A stretch of 64,000 bases of DNA from Sphingomonas sp. (GCA_031367995.1 JANLQS010000132.1:1860-65859), one strand, 5' to 3'; positions 27,673-38,855 are shown, numbered from the stretch's first letter. Notes: generated by a model not told the origin, from the letters alone. Program-made: numbers and translations.

Positions 27673-28329
27673 ATGTTCAACTTCGCCGCCATTTTCACCC
27701 CCGCCGGCCTCGCCGGGCTCGGGCAGATCATCGTCGGCGACCTGACCATGGCCGGCGACAATGTCGTGATCATGGGCAGTCTCGCCTCGGGCCTGCCCGA
27801 AAGGGACCGCAAGAAGGTCCTGCTGTTCGGCGTCGGCATGGCGCTGGTGTTCCTGATCAGCTTCGCCGTCCTCGCGACGCAGCTGCTCAAGATCACCGGA
27901 CTGGTGTTCGCCGGCGGCCTGCTGTTGCTGTGGGTTGCCTACAACATGTTCCGCGAGATTCGCCCGTTCGCGACAATCGTCGCCGACGATCCCGACACGC
28001 CCGCGATCGAAGGGCCGCCGGCGTCCAAGACCCTGCTCCAGGCGGCCATCCAGATCACCATCGCCGATCTGTCGATGAGCCTCGACAATGTCCTGCTGGT
28101 CGCCTCGATCGCGCGCGAGAATCCGGCGCTGTTGTTCGTCGGCCTGACTGTTTCGGTGCTGATCATGGGTCTTGCCGCCAATTATGTCGCGCGGCTGATC
28201 CAGCGCTTCAACTGGATCAATTACATCGGCCTCGCCGTCATCCTCTACATCGCCGCGACGATGATTTACGAAGGCTGGATGGGCGGCGAGCATATCCTGG
28301 GGTTGAGGAGCGTCGTCGGACTCGGCTAG
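27673..28329 (+). CDS. TerC/YjbE family membrane protein (paralog 1)
   Basis: DLTMAGDNVVI and ADLSMSLDNVL motifs, multiple TM helices. Confidence 0.88.
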   Translation: MFNFAAIFTPAGLAGLGQIIVGDLTMAGDNVVIMGSLASGLPERDRKKVLLFGVGMALVFLISFAVLATQLLKITGLVFAGGLLLLWVAYNMFREIRPFATIVADDPDTPAIEGPPASKTLLQAAIQITIADLSMSLDNVLLVASIARENPALLFVGLTVSVLIMGLAANYVARLIQRFNWINYIGLAVILYIAATMIYEGWMGGEHILGLRSVVGLG

Positions 28330-28338
28330 GGCGCGGGC

Positions 28339-28971
28339 ATGGACCTTGCCTCGCTGCTCAGCCCCGACGCGATCGCGGCCTTTTTCGAAATTCTCGTGAT
28401 CGACATTGTCCTGGCGGGCGATAATGCGATCGTCGTCGGCGCGCTCGCCGCTGGCCTTCCCGCCGACCAGCGCAAGAAAGTCATCCTCATCGGCGTCCTC
28501 GCCGCGCTGGTGCTGCGCATCGTCTTCGCCCTGGCCGTCAGCCAATTGCTTCAGCTCGTCGGGCTGATCCTCGCCGGTGGCATCCTGTTATTGTGGGTGG
28601 CGTGGAAAATGTGGCGCGAACTGCACCATCAGGGCGAGAGCAAGGGCAGCCCCGAACTCCTCGGCGACGAGCATAGCGGGCTCAGGCCCGCCAAGAGCTT
28701 CGCCGCCGCCGCCTGGGGTGTCGCCCTGGCCGACGTCAGCATGAGCCTCGACAATGTCCTCGCCGTCGCCGGGGCGGCCAAGGAGCATCCGCATATCCTC
28801 GTCTTCGGTCTGATCCTGTCGGTCGTGCTGATGGGGATCGCCGCCAATTTTATCGCCCGCTACATCGAGCGCTACCGCTGGATCGCCTATGTCGGGCTGG
28901 TGGTGATCGTGTGGGTCGCGGGCAAGATGATCTGGGAAGGCGGGCACGACGTCGCGCCGCTGATCGCGTGA
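28339..28971 (+). CDS. TerC/YjbE family membrane protein (paralog 2)
   Basis: IDIVLAGDNAIV and ADVSMSLDNVLAVAG motifs. Confidence 0.92.
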   Translation: MDLASLLSPDAIAAFFEILVIDIVLAGDNAIVVGALAAGLPADQRKKVILIGVLAALVLRIVFALAVSQLLQLVGLILAGGILLLWVAWKMWRELHHQGESKGSPELLGDEHSGLRPAKSFAAAAWGVALADVSMSLDNVLAVAGAAKEHPHILVFGLILSVVLMGIAANFIARYIERYRWIAYVGLVVIVWVAGKMIWEGGHDVAPLIA

Positions 28972-30248
28972 CGGCGGCCGAAACCATCGTCGCGCTGTCC
29001 AGCGGGCGGCCGCCGGCGGCGATCGCGGTCGTCCGGCTGAGCGGCCCGCACGCCGTCGCGGCGGCGTCGGCGCTGGCCATTTCCCTGCCGCCCCACCGTC
29101 ACGCCGGGCTGCGCGACCTCGTCGACCCCGCCACCGGCGACATCCTCGACTCCGCGCTTGTGCTCCACTTCCCCGCCCCCGCCAGCGCCACCGGCGAAGA
29201 CGTCGTCGAGCTGCATTGCCATGGCGGCCGGGCGGTGGTCGAGGCGGTGCTGCGCGTTTTACTCGCCGAGCCCGGCGTTCGTCTCGCCGACCCTGGCGAA
29301 TTCACCCGCCGGGCGCTCGCCTCCGGACGGATCGACCTGACCGAGGCCGAAGGGCTCGCCGATTTGCTCGCCGCCGAGACCGAGCTTCAGCGCCGCGTCG
29401 CCCAGGCCCGCGCCGGCGGCGGGTTGCGCGACCTGCTCGCGGGCTGGCGCCTCCGCTTGCTCGACCTGTCGGCCGCGGCCGAGGTGGCGATCGACTATCC
29501 CGACGAGGAGGATGGCGTCATCGCCCCGTCCCTCGCCGACGACCTCGACAGCCTCGCCGACGAGGTCCGCGCGTTGCTCGCCTCGCCCCGGGTCGAGCCG
29601 TTGCGGGAGGGTGTCCGGGTGGTTTTCGCGGGTCCACCTAACACCGGAAAATCAAGCCTTCTCAATGTGTTGAGCAAGAGCGAACGGGCTATTGTGACGC
29701 CGATTCCCGGCACCACCCGCGATTCGATCGAGGTGCCGCTGGCGATCGACGGGCTACCGCTGTTGCTGGTCGATACCGCCGGTTTGCGCGACTCCGCCGA
29801 CACGGTCGAGCAGCTCGGCATCGCGCGCGCCGAGCAAGAGGTCGTGCGCGCCGATGTATTGCTGTGGCTCGGTCCGCCCGACGCCGCGCCGATCCACCCC
29901 CGCCTCCTCCTGGTCCACGCCAAGGCCGATCTTGCGCCCGCATCCGATGCGCGCCAGCTTGCCGTCAGCGCACTCACCGGCGACGGCCTCGATCGGCTGA
30001 CCCGGGAAATCGGCGCTGTCGCCGCGGCCCTGATCCCCTCTCCGCGCCAATTGAGCCTGACCGGGCGCGAGGCCGGGCTGCTCATGACTCTGCTATCGGC
30101 GTTGGAGGCAGCGCGGGCGCAGACCACCTCTCTGCACGCTGCCGAGGAACTTCGTTACGCCCGCGAAGCAATCGATCGGATTACCGGCCTGTCTTCGCTG
30201 GACGCCGTTCTCGACGCGTTGTTCGCGCGATTCTGCCTTGGCAAGTGA
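28968..30248 (+). CDS. mnmE: tRNA modification GTPase MnmE
   Basis: ETIVALSSG, TGEDVVELHCHGG, GPPNTGKSS, GTTRD, DTAG, C-terminal FCLGK. Confidence 0.96.
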   Translation: MTAAETIVALSSGRPPAAIAVVRLSGPHAVAAASALAISLPPHRHAGLRDLVDPATGDILDSALVLHFPAPASATGEDVVELHCHGGRAVVEAVLRVLLAEPGVRLADPGEFTRRALASGRIDLTEAEGLADLLAAETELQRRVAQARAGGGLRDLLAGWRLRLLDLSAAAEVAIDYPDEEDGVIAPSLADDLDSLADEVRALLASPRVEPLREGVRVVFAGPPNTGKSSLLNVLSKSERAIVTPIPGTTRDSIEVPLAIDGLPLLLVDTAGLRDSADTVEQLGIARAEQEVVRADVLLWLGPPDAAPIHPRLLLVHAKADLAPASDARQLAVSALTGDGLDRLTREIGAVAAALIPSPRQLSLTGREAGLLMTLLSALEAARAQTTSLHAAEELRYAREAIDRITGLSSLDAVLDALFARFCLGK

Positions 30249-30264
30249 TGTTCCACGTGGAACG
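30249..30264. promoter_or_regulatory. parS centromere site
   Basis: TGTTCCACGTGGAACG, close to consensus TGTTTCACGTGAAACA. Confidence 0.9.
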
Positions 30265-30301
30265 TTTTGACGATTCGCCCTTGCTGCGGTAGCGCGCGCT
30301 G

Positions 30302-32104
30302 ATGCTAGACGTGCTCGTCATCGGTGGAGGTCATAGCGGCGTCGAAGCGGAGTGCGCCGCCGCGCGCCGCGGCGCTCGGGTGGCGATCCTCACCTTCGCC
30401 GCTGCCGATATCGGGAAGATGTCGTGCAATCCCTCGGTCGGCGGGGTCGGCAAGGGCCATCTCGTTCGCGAAGTCGATGCACTGGGCGGTATCATGGCGC
30501 GCGCCGCCGATCGGGCCGCGATTCATCGCCGGATGCTCAACGCTACCAAGGGCGCGGCGGTGCGCGGTCCCCGGATTCAGGCCGATCGTCGTCGCTTCGC
30601 CGCCGCGATCCGGGCGGAAGTGGGGGCGGCGGATGTCGGCATCATCGAGGGCGAGGCCGCCGAACTCTGCCTTTTCAACGGACGCGTGTCGGGCGTAACC
30701 CTGGCCGACGGCGCAACCGTCCAGGCGAGCAGCGTCGTGCTTGCCACGGGCACATTTCTCGGCGCGATGCTGTACCGAGGCGAGGAGCGGTGGAGCGGTG
30801 GACGCGATGGCGCCTCGAGCGCCTCGCGCCTGGCGGATCAGCTGCGCGACGCGGGCCTTGCCGACGGCACGCTCAAGACCGGCACGCCGCCACGCCTGGA
30901 CGGGCGGACGATCGACTGGTCTCGCCTTGCCCCTCAGCCGACCGATTCCCAGCCGTGGACGCTGGCGCTCGCCGCCAATTCCGCGCCTTTGCCGCAACTG
31001 GCCTGCGCCATCGCCCGCACCACGTCGGCGACCCATGACGTCATCCGTGCCGGCCTGTCGCGGTCGCCTTTGTTCGCTGGCGATATTGCCGGCCGCGGCC
31101 CGCGCTATTGCCCGTCGATCGAGGACAAGGTGATCCGCTTCGGCGACCGCGACGGTCACCAGATCTTCCTCGAACCCGAAGGGCTCGATGACGCCACAAT
31201 CTACCCCAACGGCATTTCCACCTCGCTGCCGACCGACGTCCAGCAGGCGATGATGGCGACGATTGCCGGCCTCGAACGCGTTCGCATCACCCGGCCCGGT
31301 TACGCCGTCGAATATGCCTATGCCGACCCGCGGCGATTGCGTTCGTCGCTTGAGCATCGCGACATCGCCGGCCTGTTCCTCGCCGGGCAGGTCAATGGCA
31401 CCACCGGCTATGAGGAGGCCGCCGCGCAGGGTCTGCTGGCCGGCGCCAACGCCGCCGCGCAGGCGCTCGGCATTGAGCCGCTCGAGGTCGATCGGGCGAC
31501 CAGCTATCTCGGTGTGCTGGTCGACGACCTCACGCTGCAGGGCGTCAGCGAACCCTACCGAATGCTGACTGCGCGGGCCGAGCACCGGCTCTATCTCCGC
31601 GCCGACAATGCCATCGCTCGTCTCGCTCCCGACGCGATCCGGCTTGGCCTGCTCGACGAAGAACAGCAGGCGCGGACGGACGCGCATCTCGAAGCCCTCG
31701 GCCGGGCCGGCAGCGAATTGAGGCGGGTCATGACGGCCGCGACGCTTGGCACTATAGGGCCGTCTCGCCCCTTGGCGGAGTGGCTGCTTCAGCCAGGCCT
31801 GACCGCGGCCGTCCGGTCTCAGCTGCTGACTGGCGCCGCTACCGATGAAGCCATCGAGAATGCGCAATACGCGCCATACGTGGCGCGGCAGCAGGCCGAG
31901 ATTGCTCGGAGAGAAAAGGATCGCCGGTTGCACTTGCCCGCGAACACAAACTTCGCGCGGGTTCCGGGCTTGTCGCTCGAAATGATCGAGCGGCTGTCCG
32001 CCGCATCGCCCGAGACACTCGATCAGGCATCGCGGATTCCGGGCGTCACTCCGGCCGCGTTGGCCGCGCTTCACTTCTCGGTCGCACGGCTGGGATGTCC
32101 GTGA
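30302..32104 (+). CDS. mnmG: tRNA uridine-5-carboxymethylaminomethyl modification enzyme MnmG (GidA)
   Basis: MSCNPSVGG, KTGTPPRL, GPRYCPSIEDK, AGQVNGTTGYEEAAAQG, EPYRMLTARAE. Confidence 0.96.
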   Translation: MLDVLVIGGGHSGVEAECAAARRGARVAILTFAAADIGKMSCNPSVGGVGKGHLVREVDALGGIMARAADRAAIHRRMLNATKGAAVRGPRIQADRRRFAAAIRAEVGAADVGIIEGEAAELCLFNGRVSGVTLADGATVQASSVVLATGTFLGAMLYRGEERWSGGRDGASSASRLADQLRDAGLADGTLKTGTPPRLDGRTIDWSRLAPQPTDSQPWTLALAANSAPLPQLACAIARTTSATHDVIRAGLSRSPLFAGDIAGRGPRYCPSIEDKVIRFGDRDGHQIFLEPEGLDDATIYPNGISTSLPTDVQQAMMATIAGLERVRITRPGYAVEYAYADPRRLRSSLEHRDIAGLFLAGQVNGTTGYEEAAAQGLLAGANAAAQALGIEPLEVDRATSYLGVLVDDLTLQGVSEPYRMLTARAEHRLYLRADNAIARLAPDAIRLGLLDEEQQARTDAHLEALGRAGSELRRVMTAATLGTIGPSRPLAEWLLQPGLTAAVRSQLLTGAATDEAIENAQYAPYVARQQAEIARREKDRRLHLPANTNFARVPGLSLEMIERLSAASPETLDQASRIPGVTPAALAALHFSVARLGCP

Positions 32105-32694
32105 TTTCCACTGATGTTCCACGTGAAACATCTCCTCGCCTCGACCAATTCGTGGCGATGGTCGTAGCGGAAAATCAGCAGCAAAATCTCGTGGCGCCCG
32201 CGTCGATCGGCGACATCTGGTCGCGACACGTCGACGACAGCGCGCAGTTGTTCCGGTTCCGCGACAAGCCGGGTCGGTGGCTCGACATCGGCTCGGGGGC
32301 GGGCTTTCCGGGGATTGTTCTCGCCCTCCTCAGCGACGATCCGATCACTCTCGCCGAGCCGCGCCGCCTGCGCGCCGACTTCCTTGAGACGGTGAAAGGG
32401 GCGCTGGATCTCGCGCACGTCACGATTGTCCGCTCGAAGGCGGCGCTCCTGACGGGCCGTTTCGATTATGTCACGGCGCGGGCGGTGGCCCCGGCGGGCC
32501 AATTGTTCGCCATGACTGAGCAGCTGGTTCACGACGGGACGCTTTTCATCCTCCCCAAGGGCCGCAGCGCGCAAACAGAACTGGCAGCGGCGCGAGCGTC
32601 GTGGCAGGGTGCGTTTCGGCTGGAGCAAAGTCTGACCAGTGACGAGGCGGCGATCATCGTCGCCCAGCGTGTCAGGCGGAGGGGAAACAGATGA
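32095..32694 (+). CDS. rsmG: 16S rRNA m7G527 methyltransferase (GidB)
   Basis: RHVDDS, LDIGSGAGFPG, VTARAVA, LPKG. Confidence 0.93.
   Translation: MSVISTDVPRETSPRLDQFVAMVVAENQQQNLVAPASIGDIWSRHVDDSAQLFRFRDKPGRWLDIGSGAGFPGIVLALLSDDPITLAEPRRLRADFLETVKGALDLAHVTIVRSKAALLTGRFDYVTARAVAPAGQLFAMTEQLVHDGTLFILPKGRSAQTELAAARASWQGAFRLEQSLTSDEAAIIVAQRVRRRGNR
32115..32130. promoter_or_regulatory. parS centromere site within rsmG 5' end
   Basis: TGTTCCACGTGAAACA, one mismatch to consensus. Confidence 0.9.
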
Positions 32695-33479
32695 TCCGCG
32701 TCGCCATCGCCAACCAGAAGGGGGGAGTCGGCAAGACCACGACAGCGATCAACCTCGCCACGGCGTTGGCCGCCATTGGCTGGCGCGTGCTGCTCATCGA
32801 CCTCGATCCGCAGGGCAATGCCTCGACCGGCCTCGGGGTCGGGCAGGCCGATCGCAAATGGTCGAGCTATGATGTGCTGCTTGGTGCCGTCGCGCTCGGC
32901 GAGGCCGCGGTCGCCACCCGCGTTCCCGGGCTCGATATCGTCCCCGCCACCGTCGACCTGTCGGGCGCCGAGGTCGAGATGGTCGGGCTCGACGACCGTA
33001 CCCACCGGCTGATCCAGGCGTTCGATGAGGGGCCGCAGGGCCGTTGGGACGTGTGCTTGCTCGATTGCCCGCCGTCGCTCGGCCTGCTGACCGTCAATGC
33101 CTTGGTCGCCTCGCGCCATTTGCTGGTGCCGCTGCAGTGCGAATTCTTCGCCCTAGAAGGATTGAGCCAGCTGCTCCAGACGGTCGAGCGCATCCGCGTC
33201 GCGTTCAACCCGGAACTATCGATCCTCGGTGTTGCGCTGACGATGTTCGATCGCCGCAATAACCTGTCGCAGCAGGTCGCCGCCGATGTTCGCGCCTGCC
33301 TCGGTCGGGCGGTGTTCGACACCGTTGTGCCGCGCAACGTCCGCCTGTCCGAAGCGCCCAGCCATGGGCTGCCGGCGCTGATCTACGACCTCAAATGCTC
33401 GGGCTCCGAGGCCTATATTCGCCTTGCGAGGGAAATCGTCGGGCGGCTGCCCAAGCTGACCACGGCGGAGGCGGCATGA
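32691..33479 (+). CDS. parA: Chromosome partitioning ATPase ParA
   Basis: NQKGGVGKTT, DLDPQGNAS, DCPPSLG, PRNVRLSEAPSHG. Confidence 0.97.
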   Translation: MIRVAIANQKGGVGKTTTAINLATALAAIGWRVLLIDLDPQGNASTGLGVGQADRKWSSYDVLLGAVALGEAAVATRVPGLDIVPATVDLSGAEVEMVGLDDRTHRLIQAFDEGPQGRWDVCLLDCPPSLGLLTVNALVASRHLLVPLQCEFFALEGLSQLLQTVERIRVAFNPELSILGVALTMFDRRNNLSQQVAADVRACLGRAVFDTVVPRNVRLSEAPSHGLPALIYDLKCSGSEAYIRLAREIVGRLPKLTTAEAA

Positions 33480-34339
33480 AGAAGCCCACCGGACTCGGTC
33501 GCGGCCTCAGCGCTCTGATCGACGAGGCGGTCAAGCCGCGCGGCGATGCCCAGGCGGCGGCGGGCGGCGTGCGCGAGATCGAGGTCGGGCGGATCCGCGC
33601 CAACCCGGCTCAGCCGCGCCAACGCTTCGACGAGGCGTCGCTGGCCGAACTCGCCAGCTCGATCGCGGAACGCGGGCTGCTCCAGCCCATCCTGCTGCGT
33701 GTATCGGGTGACGGATTCGAGATCGTCGCCGGCGAACGGCGCTGGCGCGCCGCCCAGCGCGCCCAGCTTCACCGCATCCCGGCGATTGTTCGCGACCTCG
33801 ATGATGAGGCGACGGCCGAAATTGCTCTGATCGAAAATATCCAGCGCGAGGATCTGAATGCGATCGAGGAAGCCGACGGCTATCGCCAGCTGATCCAGCG
33901 TTTCGGGCATAGTCAGGAACTGGTCGCGAAACTGGTTGGCAAGTCCCGCAGCCACGTCACCAACCTGCTCCGCTTGCTCGATCTCCCCACCGCCGTGCGG
34001 GAAATGCTATTGCGAGGCGAGATCAGCATGGGTCATGCCCGCGCCATCGCCACCGCCCCAGATCCGGAGGCTCTGGCCAGGCAAATTGTCGCCGAAGGTC
34101 TGAGCGTCCGCCAGACCGAGGCCCGGGCCCGCGAGTCAAAGCCGAAGAAAGCCGGGGTGCGCGGCGCCCAACGCCCCGTCGACGCGGATCTCGCCGCGCT
34201 CGAGCGCCAGCTTGGCGACATGCTCGGACTGCGCGTGAAAGTCGCGCATGGCCGCGGCGGCGGGACGGTCGTGCTCCGCTACGGCAGCCTCGATCAGCTC
34301 GACATGATCTGCCAACGGCTCAGCGGCGAGCCGATCTAG
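33476..34339 (+). CDS. parB: Chromosome partitioning protein ParB
   Basis: GLGRGLSALI, AGERRWRA, IENIQREDL, HTH KSRSHVTNLLRLL. Confidence 0.97.
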   Translation: MKKPTGLGRGLSALIDEAVKPRGDAQAAAGGVREIEVGRIRANPAQPRQRFDEASLAELASSIAERGLLQPILLRVSGDGFEIVAGERRWRAAQRAQLHRIPAIVRDLDDEATAEIALIENIQREDLNAIEEADGYRQLIQRFGHSQELVAKLVGKSRSHVTNLLRLLDLPTAVREMLLRGEISMGHARAIATAPDPEALARQIVAEGLSVRQTEARARESKPKKAGVRGAQRPVDADLAALERQLGDMLGLRVKVAHGRGGGTVVLRYGSLDQLDMICQRLSGEPI

Positions 34340-34340
34340 T

Positions 34341-35363
34341 CTATCGGCCCCGCCCGGCGGCGCGGGCCAGCGTGCTCAGCGCCTCGCCGAGAGCGGCGCC
34401 GGCGGGCGCACCGCTCAGCATCACTTGCGTCTCCAACCCCGAGGCGCGCTCCGCGGCCTCCGCCAGGCGCGCCGCCGACCAGTTTGTCAGCAGTCGCTCG
34501 ATCAGAGATTTATCCTTCCAGAACAAAGCTTTGCCCATCGACGCCATGACGCCATCGACGCGCTCGCCGCGCTCGATCCGGGCGCGCAGCGGCGCCAGCA
34601 TGACCAGCCGCCGTTGCAAGGCGCGGACCACCGGAACCGCCTCCGATCCGCCGTTCGGCAGCCGCGCCAGTGCCTCGGTCAACTCGCCCATCCGACCCGC
34701 CAGCGCCAGATCGCCGAGCTTGAGTCCGTCGCCTTCTGAACTGTCGGCGCCGAGCTGATCGATCGTTTCAGGGTCGAGCGCGCGCGGTTGCTCCGGCGCC
34801 GCCCCGAGATAGGTGGCGAATTTGGCGATCTCCGATGCAGCGATCGCCTGGTTCATACCGCTCGAAACCGAAATCCGCTGCGCCAAGTCGGGCGCGATCG
34901 TCAGCCCGGCGGCGCGGCCAAGGTCGATCACCAGCCGTTCCATGTCGCGTCCCTCGGGGACGTAGGAGCAATGCGACCAGGCTCTCGGATGACTCTCGGC
35001 CAGCTTCAACAGCGCCGAGGTCTTGCGCAACACTCCAGCCACCGCGATCACCGCGCTTTCGCTCGCCGCGGCGTCGAGCAGCGCTGCCGCACCGTCGGCA
35101 ATGTCGTCGCCGGCCGGCTCGATCCAGATCGCCCGCGGTCCGCCGAACAGCGCCAGCGCCCCGGCCTCGTCGCCGAGGATTGCCGGATCGCTTTTGATCG
35201 ACTGGCCCAGGACGATGAATTTCTCGGCATCGCCGAGACCCTTGAGCAGCTTCAGCGCGAGCGCGCGGCTGCCGGCGTCGTCGGGTCCGTGGAACAGGTA
35301 GAAGCGCGTCGCCCGATCGGGCGCGCCGAGCGCCCGGCTGATCTGGCCCTTGACCGATTTCAC
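34341..35363 (-). CDS. holA: DNA polymerase III delta subunit
   Basis: YLFHGPD, LFGG, FWKDK. Sits in the conserved leuS-lptE-holA order. Confidence 0.88.
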   Translation of the reverse strand: MKSVKGQISRALGAPDRATRFYLFHGPDDAGSRALALKLLKGLGDAEKFIVLGQSIKSDPAILGDEAGALALFGGPRAIWIEPAGDDIADGAAALLDAAASESAVIAVAGVLRKTSALLKLAESHPRAWSHCSYVPEGRDMERLVIDLGRAAGLTIAPDLAQRISVSSGMNQAIAASEIAKFATYLGAAPEQPRALDPETIDQLGADSSEGDGLKLGDLALAGRMGELTEALARLPNGGSEAVPVVRALQRRLVMLAPLRARIERGERVDGVMASMGKALFWKDKSLIERLLTNWSAARLAEAAERASGLETQVMLSGAPAGAALGEALSTLARAAGRGR

Positions 35364-35881
35364 CGCGCCGCCGCCGCCTCGGGTTTCCCGAGGCGCGAGA
35401 CGTAAAGCCCAAGGCGGGCGACAATCTGCTCGGCGAGCACCTGGGCTAAGCGCTCAGAGGCGGTCTGCTCGGCCGCGACCGTGGCATATTCGCTGCTCAC
35501 CACGTCGATCCCGGAGTCCGCCCCGGCGGTGGCGTCGAGCAATGTCTCGCCGGTGCTGATCGCAACCAGCCGAAAGCGCGCGCGCAACGTCCGCCGTTCG
35601 CGCGTAATGGCGCTGTCACCGCGGATGCCGAAGCCCGAAATATTATCGTCGAGTTCGACCTCCAGCCGGTAGGTCGCGGCGCCCGCCTTGCGCTCTCCGC
35701 CGATCCGCTCGAGCAGGGCGTTGCGGACCAGCCAGCCGGCGCGGTCGGGGATCGGCGCGACGGTAATTGACGAAAGTCGGCTGGCAACCGGCCCCGATTC
35801 ACCACCGGCATAAAGCGGATGGAGGCCACAGCCGGGCAGCATCAGCGCGGCGGCAAGGAGCAAGGCGGGCCTGAATATCAT
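35360..35881 (-). CDS. lptE: LPS-assembly lipoprotein LptE
   Basis: Lipobox [10 protein letters not shown]. Between leuS and holA. Confidence 0.85.
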   Translation of the reverse strand: MIFRPALLLAAALMLPGCGLHPLYAGGESGPVASRLSSITVAPIPDRAGWLVRNALLERIGGERKAGAATYRLEVELDDNISGFGIRGDSAITRERRTLRARFRLVAISTGETLLDATAGADSGIDVVSSEYATVAAEQTASERLAQVLAEQIVARLGLYVSRLGKPEAAAAR

Positions 35882-38397
35882 GCGACGATATTGACCAACC
35901 GGTCGGGCACCACAATGACTTTGCGCGGGACAACTCCGCCGAGTTGCGCCTGAACCTTGGCCGAGCCGAGCGCCAGCGCCTCCGCCGCTTCCTTGGCCAA
36001 CCCGCGCGGTGCGGTCAGCGTGTCGCGCAGCTTGCCGTTAACCTGGATCGCTAGCGTCACTTCATCGTCGACCAGCAGCGCTGGATCATGCGTCGGCCAC
36101 GCGGCGTCGACGATCATGCCCGACCCGCCCCGCGCCGCCCAGGCCTCCTCCGCCAGATGCGGTGCCATTGGCGCGGCCAGCAGCAACAGTCCCTCGATCG
36201 CCTGGTCGCGCGCTGCCGACGGCGTCGCTTTCTCGATCGCGCTGGTCAGTTCGTAGAGCGCGGCGATGGCCTTGTTGAACTGCAGTCCGTCGATCGCCTC
36301 GCCGACCCCGGCGATGGCGCGGTGCAGCTTGCGCGTCAGCCCCACATCGTCGCCGCCTTCGGTGGTCGCAGCCTTGGCCAGCCGCCACACCCGCTGGACG
36401 AACCGCGCCGCGCCCTCGATCCCGCCGATTGACCATTCGAGGTCGCGCTCGGGCGGCGAATCCGACAACATGAACCAGCGCACGGCGTCGGCGCCATAGC
36501 GGTCGAGGATCGGCTCGGGCTCGATGGTGTTCTTCTTCGACTTGGACATTTTCTCGGTGCGCCCGCGCATCGCCCCGCTGCCGGTCGCGCGCTCGATCGT
36601 CGCCCCGCCTTCGCCGATCACGACCTCGTCGGGCGACAACCAGCGACCGTCGAGGCTCTGGTAGGTCTCGTGGGTCACCATCCCTTGCGTGAACAGCCCC
36701 TTGAACGGCTCCGTGATGCCGATCTTGCCGATCCGCTCGAGCGCGCGGGTCCAGAAGCGCGCGTAGAGCAAGTGGAGAATGGCATGCTCGACCCCGCCGA
36801 TATACTGGCCGACCGGGAGCCATTGCTCGGCCTCGGCGCGATCGAACGGCCGGTCCTTGGGCTGGCTGGCGAAGCGGATGAAATACCAGCTCGAATCGAC
36901 GAACGTATCCAGCGTGTCGGTCTCGCGCCGCGCCTGGCCGCCGCAGTTCGGGCAGGCGACCAGCCGCCAGCCGTCGTGCCGGTCGAGCGGGTTGCCGGGC
37001 AGCTCGAAACTGACATCCTCGGGCAGCACGACCGGCAATTGGTCGCGCGGCACGCCGACCGGGCCGCATGTATCGCAATGGATGATCGGGATCGGCGTGC
37101 CCCAGTAACGCTGGCGCGAAACGCCCCAATCGCGCAGCCGGTACTGGGTCTTGCCCTCGCCCCAGCCGGCGGTCTCGGCGCGCTTGATCACTTCGGCTGA
37201 GGCATCGGCGCTGGTCAGCCCGTCGAGGAACTGCGAATTGACGGCGATGCCGTCGCCGGTCTCGGCTTCGACCACGCTGTCCCCGGCCTGGCCCTCGCTC
37301 TCGGCGACGACGCGGCGGATCGGCAGGCGATATTTGGTCGCGAATTCGAAGTCGCGGACATCGTGCGCCGGCACCCCGAATAGCGCGCCCGAGCCATAGT
37401 CCGCCAGCACGAAATTGGCGATCCACACCGGCAGCCGGCGCTCCGGATCGAGCGGATGGATGACCTCCAGCCCGGTGTCATGCCCCAATTTCTCGGCGGT
37501 CTCGATCTCGGCCGCGGTGGTGCCCCCCAAGCGGGCCTTGGCGATAAACGCGGCGACCTCAGGATCCTGCGCCGCCAGCGCCTCGGCTAGCGGATGTCCG
37601 GGCGACAGCGCGACAAAGCTGGCGCCGAAGATGGTGTCGGGACGAGTCGAGAAAACCTCGACGCTGTCGATCTTCCCAAGGGGCGACGAAAGGCGGAAAC
37701 GAAACTGCAGCCCGCGGCTCTTGCCGATCCAATTCTCCTGCATCAGCCGGACCTTGTCGGGCCATTGGTCGAGCGTCGCGAGTCCGTCGATCAATTCCTC
37801 GGCGAAGTCGGTGATCTTGAGGAACCACTGGCTCAGTTTCTTGCGTTCGACCGGCGCGCCCGATCGCCAGCCCTTGCCGTCGATAACCTGCTCGTTGGCC
37901 AGCACGGTCATGTCGACCGGATCCCAATTGACCTCGCTTTCCTTGCGGAACACCAGGCCGGCTTCCATCAGGTCGAGGAACAGCGCCTGTTCGTGGCCGT
38001 AATAATCGGGTTCGCAGGTGGCCAGTTCGCGGCTCCAGTCGATGGCGAAGCCGATCCGCTTCAACTGTCCGCGCATCGCCGCGATGTTCTGCCGCGTCCA
38101 GTCGCCGGGATGGACCTTCTTTTCCATCGCCGCATTTTCGGCCGGCATGCCGAACGCGTCCCAGCCCATTGGGTGCAGCACCTCGAAACCCTGCATGCGG
38201 CGAAATCGCGCCAGCACGTCACCCATCGTATAGTTGCGGACATGGCCCATATGGATGCGCCCCGACGGATAGGGGAACATCTCCAGCACATAGGCTTTCG
38301 GCTTGGGGCTGGCGCTGTCGGCGCGGAAGCTGTCCGCTTCGGCCCACCGCGCCTGCCACCTGGAATCGGCGCGCGCCGGGTCGAAACGGTCGGTCAT
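35878..38397 (-). CDS. leuS: Leucine--tRNA ligase
   Basis: [30 protein letters not shown]. Confidence 0.98.
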   Translation of the reverse strand: MTDRFDPARADSRWQARWAEADSFRADSASPKPKAYVLEMFPYPSGRIHMGHVRNYTMGDVLARFRRMQGFEVLHPMGWDAFGMPAENAAMEKKVHPGDWTRQNIAAMRGQLKRIGFAIDWSRELATCEPDYYGHEQALFLDLMEAGLVFRKESEVNWDPVDMTVLANEQVIDGKGWRSGAPVERKKLSQWFLKITDFAEELIDGLATLDQWPDKVRLMQENWIGKSRGLQFRFRLSSPLGKIDSVEVFSTRPDTIFGASFVALSPGHPLAEALAAQDPEVAAFIAKARLGGTTAAEIETAEKLGHDTGLEVIHPLDPERRLPVWIANFVLADYGSGALFGVPAHDVRDFEFATKYRLPIRRVVAESEGQAGDSVVEAETGDGIAVNSQFLDGLTSADASAEVIKRAETAGWGEGKTQYRLRDWGVSRQRYWGTPIPIIHCDTCGPVGVPRDQLPVVLPEDVSFELPGNPLDRHDGWRLVACPNCGGQARRETDTLDTFVDSSWYFIRFASQPKDRPFDRAEAEQWLPVGQYIGGVEHAILHLLYARFWTRALERIGKIGITEPFKGLFTQGMVTHETYQSLDGRWLSPDEVVIGEGGATIERATGSGAMRGRTEKMSKSKKNTIEPEPILDRYGADAVRWFMLSDSPPERDLEWSIGGIEGAARFVQRVWRLAKAATTEGGDDVGLTRKLHRAIAGVGEAIDGLQFNKAIAALYELTSAIEKATPSAARDQAIEGLLLLAAPMAPHLAEEAWAARGGSGMIVDAAWPTHDPALLVDDEVTLAIQVNGKLRDTLTAPRGLAKEAAEALALGSAKVQAQLGGVVPRKVIVVPDRLVNIVA

Positions 38398-38420
38398 GGA
38401 GTCGCCGTTCGCGCTTCGGC

Positions 38421-38855
38421 CTAGCCGGCCAGGGACGTGCGGCGAAGGTCGCGGGCGCGGGTCAGGATGATGTCCTCAAGCTTTTGCACCGTGGCCGCGG
38501 CGACCGGCGCGTCGACCCACACCCCGCCCTGGTTGATTTGGCGGCTGGCGGACACCCGAAGGGCGTCGGCGCGCAGCTCCTGGTCGAGGATCGAGACCGT
38601 GAGCTTGACCCGCTCGCCGGGGTTCTTGGGGCTGACATACCAGTCGGTGATGATCACGCCGCCGTTGGAATCGGCGGTCAGCAGCGGCGCGAACGACAAA
38701 GTGTCGATCGCCGCGCGCCACAGGTAGCTATTGACCCCGATCGCGGTCATCCGGGCGGGGGCTAGCGTGTTCGGCAGGTCGCGATGCCGGGCACAGCCGC
38801 CGAGCGCGAGGCCGGCGACGGCGAGGACGGCGAGAGAACGAAATAGGCGGGACAT
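38421..38855 (-). CDS. DUF3576 family lipoprotein
   Basis: Lipobox [36 protein letters not shown]. Confidence 0.88.
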   Translation of the reverse strand: MSRLFRSLAVLAVAGLALGGCARHRDLPNTLAPARMTAIGVNSYLWRAAIDTLSFAPLLTADSNGGVIITDWYVSPKNPGERVKLTVSILDQELRADALRVSASRQINQGGVWVDAPVAAATVQKLEDIILTRARDLRRTSLAG

